Positions 9,679 through 18,430 of a stretch of DNA of 64,000 nucleotides are shown one piece after another. The notes beneath the pieces are model-generated. The model did no database searches. It was not told the DNA's origin and worked only from the letters and a program-made list of their open reading frames with translations. This DNA is from Mycobacteriales bacterium (GTDB lineage: Bacteria; Actinomycetota; Actinomycetes; BP-191): NCBI GenBank assembly GCA_046590575.1, contig JBKJUS010000169.1:818-64817 (forward strand), written 5' to 3'. The first letter of the stretch is position 1. Every line of letters starts with the position of its first letter. A program made the translations under genes and the position numbers.

Positions 9679-10866
9679 ATGTCGCACCCCCACGCGCACG
9701 GTTCGGCGCACGACGCACCGCCCGCCCCGCCGGAGATCCGGCGCCTGCTCGCGCTGGCGGTCGTCCCTCTCCTGCTCGCGACGTTCGTCGGGCTGGTCGT
9801 GCTCTGGCCACGCGGCGCGGGGCCGGCGATCGGCGAGGGCATCGGGGTGGCCGCGGACCTCGTGCCCGCGACGGTGCGCGCCCGCGAGGTGGTGCCGTGC
9901 GACGACACCCCGGCTGACGACGACGCTGAGGTCACCTGCACCCTGTTGGAGGTGGAGATCACCGAAGGGGTCGATGACGGCCAGGTGATCGCGCTCGACT
10001 TCGTCGAGAGCCCGCGCACTCCCTCGATCGCTGAGGGCGACAAGATCGTGCTCGGCTATGAGCCGGAGGCCGAGCCGGGGAGCGAGTACTTCTACGCCGA
10101 CCGACAGCGGGGTCGGCCGCTGCTGCTGCTGACCGCGATCTTTGCGCTTGCGGTCCTCGCGCTCGGCCGATGGCACGGTCTACGCGCCCTCGGCGGACTC
10201 GCGGTCAGCCTCGTCGTTCTCGTCGCCTTCGTGCTCCCGGCGCTGCTCCGGGGCAGCAACCCGCTTGCCGTCGCCGTGGTCGGCGCCGCGGCCATCATGG
10301 TCGTCGCGCTCTACCTCGCCCACGGGATGACAGTGCGTACGACGATCGCGCTGCTCGGCACGCTCGCCAGCCTGGCGCTCACCGGCGTGCTCGCGGCGAT
10401 CTTCGTCGCCGGGGCACGATTCACCGGGCTGGCCAGCGAGGAGGCGACGTTCCTCAACGCCGTCGCAGGGCAGGTCGAACTCGAAGGACTCTTGCTTGCC
10501 GGAATCATCATCGGCTCACTCGGGGTCCTCGATGACGTCACCGTGACGCAGGCCTCCGCGGTGTGGGAGCTGCACCTGGCCAATCCGACGTACCGGGCCC
10601 GAGAGCTCTACACCGCGGCGCTGCGGATCGGCCGCGACCACATCGCCTCGACGGTGAACACCCTGGTGCTCGCCTACGCCGGAGCCTCGCTCCCACTGCT
10701 CGTGCTCTTCTCCCTGGCCAACCGCGACCTCGGTGACGTGCTCACCGGCGAAGTCGTCGCGCAGGAGGTCGTGCGGACGCTGGTCGGCAGCATCGGGCTG
10801 GTGGCCTCGGTGCCGCTCACCACCGGGCTCGCGGCGTGGGTGGCCAGCCGCTCGCCAGCGGGTTAG
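9679..10866 (+). CDS. YibE/F family membrane protein
   Basis: N-terminal soluble domain plus multi-TM C-terminus typical of the YibE/F family. Confidence 0.65.
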   Translation: MSHPHAHGSAHDAPPAPPEIRRLLALAVVPLLLATFVGLVVLWPRGAGPAIGEGIGVAADLVPATVRAREVVPCDDTPADDDAEVTCTLLEVEITEGVDDGQVIALDFVESPRTPSIAEGDKIVLGYEPEAEPGSEYFYADRQRGRPLLLLTAIFALAVLALGRWHGLRALGGLAVSLVVLVAFVLPALLRGSNPLAVAVVGAAAIMVVALYLAHGMTVRTTIALLGTLASLALTGVLAAIFVAGARFTGLASEEATFLNAVAGQVELEGLLLAGIIIGSLGVLDDVTVTQASAVWELHLANPTYRARELYTAALRIGRDHIASTVNTLVLAYAGASLPLLVLFSLANRDLGDVLTGEVVAQEVVRTLVGSIGLVASVPLTTGLAAWVASRSPAG

Positions 10867-11852
10867 GGACGCGCGGTCGGGATCGGGTTGCTGCCGCTGC
10901 TCGACGAGGGCGATGCGGACGACGACGACGACGGCTTGGGCGCCGGCGTCGGGCTCGGCTTCGGAGCGGCCGGGCTTGGCGACGGGGACGGCTTGGCTGC
11001 GGGGCTCGACTTGGGAGCGGCACTGGCCGAGGACTCTGCCTTGGCCGAGGGGACCGGCGCGATGGTCGACACCACTGCGGGCGGAGCAACTCGCTTGAGC
11101 TTGCGCACCAGCCGTGCCACGTCCGCGAGGACGCCCGCGCTGACCGACGACTTGTCGACGACAAACAGTCGCTGCTCCTCGCGGATGAGCTCAGCGATCA
11201 TCTCGGCCACTTCCGGGTCACCCTCTGCGTGCTCCGCGATGAGCGTGTCGAGGGTGGCGTGCAGCTCGGTGGCGGCCACGGTGATGTCGGCCGAGGAGGC
11301 GGAGCGGATGATCTGACCGGTCAGAGTGCTCAGCTGCTCGTCTGCGAGGGCGAGCGCGACAGCCTCGGTGGACGGAGCGCCGTCCCTCAGGCCCGGGGAG
11401 GTGACCGTGATGCCGCCGCCGACCAGAGCGACCAACGCGGCGGCCGCAGCCACCAGGCGTGCCCGGCCGACCAGGCGCTCGCTGCGCGCCTTTCGGCCGG
11501 CGGAGATCTCGTCGACCTGCGGTCGCAGGTCCGGACCGCTCAGGTGGGAGAGCATGCGCTCCTGGAAAGCAGCCAGCCCGGCGCGCTCGCCGTCGAGCAC
11601 GTCGGCCACAAGGCCGAGCTCGTCGGCATCGGCCGCGGCAGCGGCAATGATCATGTCGGTCTCGAGCGCGAGCCGGAAGTCGGCCACTTCCCGCAGGACC
11701 TCGTAGACAGGGGCACCCGCCTCCTGGGCGAGGGCCACGATGCGGGCCGCGTCACGCTCGGTTGAGCGCGGAGCCGGCACGTGCTCGCCCGAGCGCAACA
11801 GCCACGACGGCAGGGCGGGCTGCGCCTCGCCGCGGTGCCGTCGGTCACGCAC
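10863..11852 (-). CDS. single-pass membrane protein with Pro/Ser/Ala-rich C-terminal tail (anti-sigma/DUF5667-like architecture)
   Basis: GAGGAG RBS plus GTG at 11852. Central TM helix (LVAAAAALVALVGG). C-terminal PS-rich low-complexity region (SPAAKPSPSPSPAAPKPSPTPAPKP). Confidence 0.45.
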   Translation of the reverse strand: MRDRRHRGEAQPALPSWLLRSGEHVPAPRSTERDAARIVALAQEAGAPVYEVLREVADFRLALETDMIIAAAAADADELGLVADVLDGERAGLAAFQERMLSHLSGPDLRPQVDEISAGRKARSERLVGRARLVAAAAALVALVGGGITVTSPGLRDGAPSTEAVALALADEQLSTLTGQIIRSASSADITVAATELHATLDTLIAEHAEGDPEVAEMIAELIREEQRLFVVDKSSVSAGVLADVARLVRKLKRVAPPAVVSTIAPVPSAKAESSASAAPKSSPAAKPSPSPSPAAPKPSPTPAPKPSSSSSASPSSSSGSNPIPTARP

Positions 11853-11954
11853 TGGGAATCTCCTCGGTCGGGTGGTCAGGAGAGCCTTTCGCCGAACGTG
11901 CGGCTCATTCCTTCCTTTGTGACACAAATCACCAGCTCGGCGGTCTGAGCGTCA

Positions 11955-12425
11955 TTGAGAGAAGATACGGGCGTGGCCCCACCCGGTGCGACCCCGTCCG
12001 ACGGGACGGGTGCCATCGGGTTGCTCCTCGTCGGCCACGGATCCCGGCGTACGGCGGCCAACGAACTGCTGGTTGCGGTCACCGCGGCGGTCGCTGAGCG
12101 GGCCGATGCCGTGCTTCCGCTGCACGCGGTCACCCATGCTTTTCTCGAGATGGCCCGACCGAGCATCGGTGAGGGGTTCGCCGAGCTGGTCCGGGAGGGC
12201 TGCCGGCATGTGGTGGTGCACCCCTACTTCCTCTACCCCGGCGCCCACACCACGACGGACATCCCGGCCGCGCTGGCCGCCGCCGCCGCTGCCGCTCCCG
12301 GCGTGACATGGGCACTCACCGACGCGCTCAACCTTGACTCCCGGATCATCGACGTCGTGCTCGACCGCGTCACCACTGCGCTCGTTGCCCGTCCCGATCA
12401 CGCTCACTCGGAGGAACATCCATGA
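11955..12425 (+). CDS. CbiX-family (sirohydrochlorin chelatase-like) protein
   Basis: Small CbiX-like fold signature (LLLVGHGSR...H...VVHPYFL). First gene of a three-gene operon. Confidence 0.6.
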   Translation: MREDTGVAPPGATPSDGTGAIGLLLVGHGSRRTAANELLVAVTAAVAERADAVLPLHAVTHAFLEMARPSIGEGFAELVREGCRHVVVHPYFLYPGAHTTTDIPAALAAAAAAAPGVTWALTDALNLDSRIIDVVLDRVTTALVARPDHAHSEEHP

Positions 12426-13102
12426 TGGTCACCCTGCCCGCCGAGGGCTACACGATCGGGATCATCGGAGGGACCGGCGACCAGGGCCGTGGACTGGGCC
12501 GGCGGTTCGCGCTCGCCGGTCATCGCGTCGTCGTCGGGTCCCGCGACCCGGCTCGAGCGCAGGAGGCGGCTGCGGCGCTTGTCGCCGCGCACCCCGACGA
12601 GGAGCTCGACGTCACCGGAGCTGACAACGCTCACGCGGCCAGCAGTGCCGAGCTGGTGATCGTCGCGGTGCCGTACGAGGGCCACCGCGAAACGCTGGCC
12701 CCGCTCGCCGAGCACTGTGCGGGCAAGATCGTGATCGATTGCGTCAACCCGATGTCGTTCGACAAGACCGGCGCGGCGTACGTCGAGCTGCCGGACGGCA
12801 GCGCCGCGGAGGAGGCCGCCGCTGTGCTGCCCGGGGCGCGGGTCGTCTCGGCGTTCCACGACGTGTCCGCCAAGCGGCTGCTCGGTACCAACCTCTCCGT
12901 CAGCACCGACGTGCTGGTCTGCGGCGACGACCAGGCGGCCAAGGACATCGTCTGCGCCCTGGCGGCGCAGATTCGGGGGATGCGCGGAATCGACGCGGGG
13001 CCCCTGCGCCTCTCCCGTCACCTGGAGGCGTTGACCGCCGTGCTCATCGGCATCAACAAGACGTACAAGACGCACTCCGGGGTGCGGATCACCGGCGTAT
13101 GA
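12422..13102 (+). CDS. NADPH-dependent F420 reductase-like (NAD(P)-binding Rossmann) protein
   Basis: GxIGxTGxQG dinucleotide-binding motif near the N-terminus. ATGA overlaps on both sides. Confidence 0.6.
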   Translation: MMVTLPAEGYTIGIIGGTGDQGRGLGRRFALAGHRVVVGSRDPARAQEAAAALVAAHPDEELDVTGADNAHAASSAELVIVAVPYEGHRETLAPLAEHCAGKIVIDCVNPMSFDKTGAAYVELPDGSAAEEAAAVLPGARVVSAFHDVSAKRLLGTNLSVSTDVLVCGDDQAAKDIVCALAAQIRGMRGIDAGPLRLSRHLEALTAVLIGINKTYKTHSGVRITGV

Positions 13103-13908
13103 CCGTGCGCGCGGCGCGCGACGACCTCGGATTGGCGGTCGCGGTGCCACGTGAGGTGCACCGAATCGTGTCGATCGTGCCGTCGCTCACCGAGACCGTC
13201 GCCTCCAGCGGTGGGGCACATCGGCTGGTCGGGGTCACCGACTGGTGCACCCACCCGCCGGGCGTGGTGGCCGGGCTGCAGCGGGTAGGTGGAACCAAGA
13301 ACCCGGACATCGCGGCGATCATCGGTCTCGCGCCCGATCTCGTGATCGCCAACGAGGAGGAGAACCGACCGGCTGACCTCGCGGCGATGCGCGCCGCCGG
13401 TCTTGCGGTCTGGGTGACCGCCCCGGAGACCGTGTCCGCGGCCGTGACCTCCCTAGGGCGGTTGCTCGCCGTGTGCGGACTCGGCGACGGCGGGCGGTCC
13501 TGGTACCGCGACGTCGTGCAGGCCTGGCCGGTTGTGGCCGCGCCCGCCGTACGCGGTCGCGCTGTTGCCTTCATCTGGCGCCGTCCGTGGATGGTGCTGG
13601 GCCGCAGCACCTTCGCCGGCGACGTGCTGCGCCAGCTTGGGGTCGACAACGCCTACGCCGGCCACGCGGACCGGTACCCAGCCGTCGAGCTCGATGACGT
13701 ACGCCGGCTCGGCGTCGACCTGGTCGTGTTGCCGGACGAGCCCTATGCCTTCTCCACCTCCGACGGACCGGAGGCCTTCGCCGGTTGGAACGTGCCCGTG
13801 GCGCTCGTGTCGGGCCGGCATCTCACGTGGTACGGCCCGTCCCTCGCCGACGCTCGGGACGTGCTGACCGCGCAGCTCGCGGCCGCGGTCGTCCCGGCCT
13901 TCCCTTAG
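13099..13908 (+). CDS. periplasmic binding protein, BtuF/FhuD-like (cobalamin or iron-chelate SBP)
   Basis: Class III SBP features (helical-backbone receptor). Translationally coupled to the upstream reductase gene. Confidence 0.6.
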   Translation: MTVRAARDDLGLAVAVPREVHRIVSIVPSLTETVASSGGAHRLVGVTDWCTHPPGVVAGLQRVGGTKNPDIAAIIGLAPDLVIANEEENRPADLAAMRAAGLAVWVTAPETVSAAVTSLGRLLAVCGLGDGGRSWYRDVVQAWPVVAAPAVRGRAVAFIWRRPWMVLGRSTFAGDVLRQLGVDNAYAGHADRYPAVELDDVRRLGVDLVVLPDEPYAFSTSDGPEAFAGWNVPVALVSGRHLTWYGPSLADARDVLTAQLAAAVVPAFP

Positions 13909-15179
13909 CAGTCGCGAGCGTCCTCGGCGCCGTTGCAGTCGTCGTTGCCCAGCCCGCCATCGACGTAATCGGCGCCGGCGCCGGCACTGATGTAGTCGTC
14001 GCCTGCCCCGGCCGAAATCCGGTCGTCTCCGGCGCCAGTGCGCAGCTCGTCCTTGCCGCCGAGGCTGCGCAGGCGATTGTCACCGTCTCCAGCGCTGACG
14101 TAGTTGTCACCGTCGCCGGCCTCGATGACATCGTCGCCGCTACCGGTACGGATCTCGTCTTTGCCGCTGCGGGCCGTCACCCGGTTGTCACCGTCGCCCG
14201 CGCTGACGTAGTTGTCACCGTCGCCGGACTGGATGATGTCGTCGCCGCTACCGGTACGGATCTCGTCCTTGCCTTCGCGAGTCGTGATGATGTTCTTTCC
14301 GTCGCCGGCGCTGACGTAGTTAGCGCCGCTGCCCGCGTCGATGGTGTCGTCGCCGCTGCCGGTCCGGATCTCGTCGTTTCCCTCGCGAGCGACTACCCGG
14401 TTCTTTCCGTCGCCGGCGCTGACGTAGTTGCTGCCCGCTCCGGTATCGACGATGTCATTGCCGCTGCCAGCGCGGATCTCGTCATTACCCTCGCGCGCCA
14501 GCACCCGGTTGCTGCCGTCGCCGGCGCTGACGTAGTTGTTGCCGACGCCGGTGTCGATGACGTCGTTGCCCGCGTCGCCGTAGATCGAGTCGTCGCCGCT
14601 CTCTCCGAGCATGCGGTCGTCGCCGTCGCCGCCCCGGATGTTGTCACCGTCACTCCCGCCGAGGAGGAGGTCGGCGCCCTCCTCACCGTGCAGGTCGTCG
14701 GCGCCGTCGCCGCCGAGCAGCTTGTCGTTGCCTTCGCCCCCGTAGAGCCCGCCCTCGTCACCGCCGATTCTTATCGGGTTGCTGCCGATGCCGATCGTGA
14801 TCGTGCCGCCGGTGGCCTCGTCGTCCCCGCCTTCACCGGCGAGCACGTCGTTGCCCTCACCGCCGCGCAATAGGTCCCGTCCGTCACCGCCGCAGATCAG
14901 GTCGTCTCCACCGAGGCCGTCGACAATGTCGTCGCCGTCGAGCGCGAGGATCACGTCGATTCCATTGGTGCCCTCGATCGTGTCGGTGTCCTCCGTGCCG
15001 ATGATCGTCGCCTTCTTGCCGAGGCAGGTCGGCGACGCGGCGAGGCTTGCCGAGGCCAGCAGCACGGGCGTGACCAGCAGGCCTGCAGCGGCCAGCCGAA
15101 GGCCGCGGGAGTAGGAAACAATGGGCACGACTGTCCTCCGGGGCTGGGCTGTCCGGACGTATCGCCGGCGGGTAAGCAA
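13905..15179 (-). CDS. secreted calcium-binding repeat protein (RTX/hemolysin-type GGxGxD-like repeats)
   Basis: Signal peptide, then a Gly/Asp-rich region. This is followed by about 4.5 tandem 32-aa repeats (NYVSAGDG.N....REG.DEIRTGSGDD.I..G.G.). Confidence 0.65.
   Translation of the reverse strand: MLTRRRYVRTAQPRRTVVPIVSYSRGLRLAAAGLLVTPVLLASASLAASPTCLGKKATIIGTEDTDTIEGTNGIDVILALDGDDIVDGLGGDDLICGGDGRDLLRGGEGNDVLAGEGGDDEATGGTITIGIGSNPIRIGGDEGGLYGGEGNDKLLGGDGADDLHGEEGADLLLGGSDGDNIRGGDGDDRMLGESGDDSIYGDAGNDVIDTGVGNNYVSAGDGSNRVLAREGNDEIRAGSGNDIVDTGAGSNYVSAGDGKNRVVAREGNDEIRTGSGDDTIDAGSGANYVSAGDGKNIITTREGKDEIRTGSGDDIIQSGDGDNYVSAGDGDNRVTARSGKDEIRTGSGDDVIEAGDGDNYVSAGDGDNRLRSLGGKDELRTGAGDDRISAGAGDDYISAGAGADYVDGGLGNDDCNGAEDARDC
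14010..14540 (-). repeat. about 96-nt tandem repeats, roughly 4.5 copies, inside the RTX-like gene
   Basis: Repeated nucleotide blocks such as gtcgccgctaccggtacggatctcgtc recur at about 96-nt spacing. Confidence 0.6.
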
Positions 15180-15232
15180 TACCTGTCCGCGACGATGTCA
15201 TGGGTTGTCGCGGATGTCACGATTCGGCTGGG

Positions 15233-15450
15233 TCAGCGGTATCCGTGCTCGGGGCCGGGGTAGGTGCCGTCGCGAACCTCGGCAGCGAAGGTCTGGACCG
15301 CCTCGGTCAGGACCGTGCGCACATCGGCGTACCGCTTGAGGAATTTCGGGCCGGCCAGCGTTCGCCGCGTGCCTTGGCGGCCTGCAGGTCGGTGACGGTG
15401 ACCCGCCGGTCCGTCGGACCGCCGTACAGGGTCGGGATGGTGTCAGCCAT
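15233..15450 (-). pseudogene. panB: panB (3-methyl-2-oxobutanoate hydroxymethyltransferase) remnant with internal deletion of about 0.6 kb and a frame change
   Basis: GAGGA RBS plus ATG at 15450. This encodes MADTIPTLYGGPTDRRVTVTDLQAAKARGERWP, matching the PanB N-terminus up to the conserved K/RWAMLTAYD block. The sequence then jumps, with a +2 frame offset, into PKFLKRYADVRTVLTEAVQTFAAEVRDGTYPGPEHGYR*. This matches the PanB C-terminus including the E. coli -EVESGVYPGEEHSF- tail. The junction sits at the palindromic ggccggcc (about 15348-15356). Confidence 0.6.
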
Positions 15451-15551
15451 GGTCGCTGTCCTCGAGCTCATCGAGGCCCCGAACTGGGGTCCCCGTGCGC
15501 TGAACATCGTCGCATGGGAATCCGCCGGGCGGCAGAGCGCGAACGTCTGAC

Positions 15552-15992
15552 GTGGCGCCCACTCGGTTGGTGAGGACTGTGCTCGTCGTGTCGGCTGTGG
15601 TTGTCGTCGCGGGTTGCGGGTCCGGCGTCAGCCCCGCGGATCGGCTCACCTCCGCACCGCGGCTGCCGGCAGTCAGCGAAGAGGGGATTGCTGCCATCCG
15701 TGACCCAGCGGAGCCTGAGGTCATTCTGCCCGCAGTATGGGAGGTTGCCCCAGGCCAGGGCCGCGGTCGTCAGGTCGAGGTCCGCTGGGCGACCTCGAAG
15801 TGCGCGTTGTTCCGCCGCGCAGACGTGATCGAGTCGGCCGAAACGGTCACCATCACCGTGCAGGAGCAGCTGGTCGGCGACGGCATGTGTCCCGGCTACC
15901 GGGTGGCCAGTCACACGGTCACGCTCGCCGCGCCGCTGGGCACCCGGACCCTGCTGGACGGTTCGGTCTCGCCGGGGCGCATCGTCGCCTAG
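15552..15992 (+). CDS. lipoprotein, hypothetical
   Basis: Signal peptide plus lipobox (VVVVAGCGSG). 146 aa. Confidence 0.5.
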   Translation: MAPTRLVRTVLVVSAVVVVAGCGSGVSPADRLTSAPRLPAVSEEGIAAIRDPAEPEVILPAVWEVAPGQGRGRQVEVRWATSKCALFRRADVIESAETVTITVQEQLVGDGMCPGYRVASHTVTLAAPLGTRTLLDGSVSPGRIVA

Positions 15993-15993
15993 C

Positions 15994-17619
15994 TCAGGTG
16001 TGACGGTAGCGGTTGGTGATCGGCAGTCGCCGGTCCCGACCGAAGGACTTCGACGACAGCTTTGGACCTGGCGGGTTCTGTCGTCGCTTGAACTCCGCGA
16101 GGTCGACGAGCCGGATCACCCGGTCGACTGTCCCGGCGTCGAAGCCGGCGGCGACGATGTCGTCGCGGTCGCAGTCGCTCTCCACATAGGCCTCGAGGAT
16201 CGCATCGAGAACGTCGTACGGCGGCAGCCGGTCCAGGTCCAGCTGGCCTGGTGCTAGCTCTGCTGAGGGTGGCTTGGTGATCGAACTCTCCGGGATCGGC
16301 GGTTCCGAGCCACGCTCGACCGCCTGCGCGTTGCGCCAGCGCGCGAGCGCCCACACCAGCGACTTCGGTACGTCCTTGATGACCGCCCAGCCGCCGGCCG
16401 AGTCGCCGTAGAGAGTCGAGAAGCCGGTCGCCAGCTCACTCTTGTTGCCTGTGGTCAGCACGAGGTGGCCGTGTTGGTTGGACAGTGCCATCAGCAGGGT
16501 GCCGCGGACTCGGGCCTGGAGGTTCTCCGCAGCCAGGCCGGTGAGTTCGCCGAGGCCGTCGCTGCCGTCCAGCAGGCCGTGGTAGGCGAGAACCACCGGC
16601 TCGATCGGCACCACGGAGTGGTGCAGACCCTGCCGTGCCGCGAGGTCGGCGGCGTCGTCGAGGGAGTGCTGCGACGAGTGCACCGAGGGCATCGCGATGG
16701 TGTGGACCGCATCACCCCCGAGTGCGTCGGCGGCGATCGTCGCGGTGAGAGCCGAGTCGATGCCCCCGGAGAGGCCGAGTACGACTGACGTGAACGCGTT
16801 CTTGCGCACGTAGTCGCGGGTGCCAGTGACGAGCGCACCCCAGATCTCAGCGCAGTCGGGTAGTCGGGGGGCGGGCGCCTGCGCCCCTCCGCTGAAGTCG
16901 TGCACGAGCAGGTGCTCGACGAACTGTGGGGCTCGGGCAAGCAGCTCGCCGTCCGCACCCACCACCATGGAGTCGCCGTCGAAGACCAGCTCGTCCTGCC
17001 CGCCGACCATGTTGCAGTAGGCGATCGGTGCACCGGCCTCCGCTGCGCGGCGGCGTACCAATGCCAGTCGTGTGTCGTCCTTGCTCCGCTCATAGGGCGA
17101 GCCGTTGATGCACACGACGAGGTCGGCGCCGTTCTCACGCGCTGCCGCGAACGGTCCGCCCTGCTGCCAGAGGTCCTCGCAGATCGTCAGCGCGACTCGG
17201 TGACCGCGGAAGGGGACGACGGTGAAGTCGGTGCCCCGGGTGAAGTAGCGCGCCTCGTCGAAGACGCCGTAGTTCGGCAGGTGATGCTTGAAGTAACGCG
17301 CCCGGACTTTGCCTTCGTGGAGAAACGCAGCGGCATTGCGCAAGCCGTGCTCGTCACGATCGAGGTAACCCACGACGACCGCGGTCTCGCCGGTTTCGCA
17401 GGCCAGCGCGTCGAGCGCCTCGAGGTTGTCCTCGACTACGGCGCGGCGGTACACGAGGTCCTCTATCGGATAGCCCGTGAGGACCATCTCAGGAAGGACC
17501 ACGAGATCGGCGTTGGCCGCAGCCGCTTCCGCCACCCAGACCCGGGCGAGCGCGGCGTTGCCGACGATGTCGCCCACCGTCGGGTTGACCTGGGCGAGTG
17601 CGACGCGCAGCGGAACCAC
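15994..17619 (-). CDS. nadE: glutamine-dependent NAD+ synthetase
   Basis: N-terminal CN-hydrolase domain fused to the NAD synthetase domain, with the SGGxDS PP-loop (LGLSGGIDSALT). Confidence 0.85.
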   Translation of the reverse strand: MVPLRVALAQVNPTVGDIVGNAALARVWVAEAAAANADLVVLPEMVLTGYPIEDLVYRRAVVEDNLEALDALACETGETAVVVGYLDRDEHGLRNAAAFLHEGKVRARYFKHHLPNYGVFDEARYFTRGTDFTVVPFRGHRVALTICEDLWQQGGPFAAARENGADLVVCINGSPYERSKDDTRLALVRRRAAEAGAPIAYCNMVGGQDELVFDGDSMVVGADGELLARAPQFVEHLLVHDFSGGAQAPAPRLPDCAEIWGALVTGTRDYVRKNAFTSVVLGLSGGIDSALTATIAADALGGDAVHTIAMPSVHSSQHSLDDAADLAARQGLHHSVVPIEPVVLAYHGLLDGSDGLGELTGLAAENLQARVRGTLLMALSNQHGHLVLTTGNKSELATGFSTLYGDSAGGWAVIKDVPKSLVWALARWRNAQAVERGSEPPIPESSITKPPSAELAPGQLDLDRLPPYDVLDAILEAYVESDCDRDDIVAAGFDAGTVDRVIRLVDLAEFKRRQNPPGPKLSSKSFGRDRRLPITNRYRHT

Positions 17620-17779
17620 CGGCTCAGCCTACGACCGCGACAGCGGTGCCACCGATCGGGCGTCTTGCGGCCGTCCGGTGAACCAATCCGGCGCCGGGAC
17701 CGTATGTCGGATACCGACGCGGCAACTTCCCTGTGCCGCACCGGCCTTGACTAGCCCGTCGACGACCCAGGACCGATCG

Positions 17780-18016
17780 ATGAGCAAGCTCCGGATTTCC
17801 CGCGAGATGACACCCGACGAGGTGCTGGTCGAGCGTGCCCGCTCGGGCGACGACGTCGCTCTGGCCGAGTTGATCCTGCGGTATCGCGGCCATGAGTTCG
17901 GGGCGCTGCTGTGTGAGGCGATCCGGACCTACGAGTCTGGTGGCGACCGGCTCTTCGTCGAGCACCTGACGCCGGGGCGCCTAGGTCAGACCAGCAGCGA
18001 CGTCAGCGGGCAGTGA
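17780..18016 (+). CDS. small hypothetical protein
   Basis: 79-aa ORF with an ATG start. No recognisable domain. Confidence 0.2.
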   Translation: MSKLRISREMTPDEVLVERARSGDDVALAELILRYRGHEFGALLCEAIRTYESGGDRLFVEHLTPGRLGQTSSDVSGQ

Positions 18017-18413
18017 CGATCACGACGCCGGCCATGCCCGAGCCAGGCTTGCCCGGCGTAGATGCACCGCCATGGATCTTGCAGAAGTAGTAGTACTTGC
18101 CCGGCTTCGTGAAGGTCGTGCTGAACGACGTCGTTGTCGTGAGCCCGCACATCGTGATCGCAGAGCCGGCGCAGCTCGGGTGAGAGTCAAATGACTTGCG
18201 GTCGGTGCTGGTCACCGAGTGCGGTCGCACTGAGGTCGTGTCCCAGCGCCAGGTGACCGTCGCCTTGCCGCCCTTGAGCCCCACTGTCACGGACGGCGCG
18301 ACGAACACGCTGTCCTGGACTGAGACGGCCGCCCTATCCGCGGCGTGCGCCGAGGGGGCCAGAAGTGCCGGCGCGGCCAATAGTGATATCGCGAGGAGTC
18401 GAAAGCGGTTCAT
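18003..18413 (-). CDS. cupredoxin-like (plastocyanin/azurin family) secreted copper protein
   Basis: Signal peptide. C-terminal YYYFCKIHGG...M motif typical of a type-1 copper site. Confidence 0.55.
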   Translation of the reverse strand: MNRFRLLAISLLAAPALLAPSAHAADRAAVSVQDSVFVAPSVTVGLKGGKATVTWRWDTTSVRPHSVTSTDRKSFDSHPSCAGSAITMCGLTTTTSFSTTFTKPGKYYYFCKIHGGASTPGKPGSGMAGVVIVTAR

Positions 18414-18430
18414 GGGCGTGTCTTGTCTGC

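Noticed and set aside
8205-10043. 612-aa minus-strand ORF antisense to the M23 peptidase and YibE/F genes
   Set aside because: Arg/Gly/Ala-rich translation typical of antisense frames in high-GC DNA. Fully overlapped by two well-supported plus-strand genes.
12739-13098. 5' extension of the BtuF-like ORF into the reductase gene
   Set aside because: An internal ATG at 13099 overlaps the upstream stop by ATGA. The extended part is R/G-rich and overlaps a real gene.
15200-15550. Plus-strand 116-aa ORF across the panB stub region
   Set aside because: The minus-strand reading gives recognisable PanB termini plus an RBS. The plus-strand ORF has no features.
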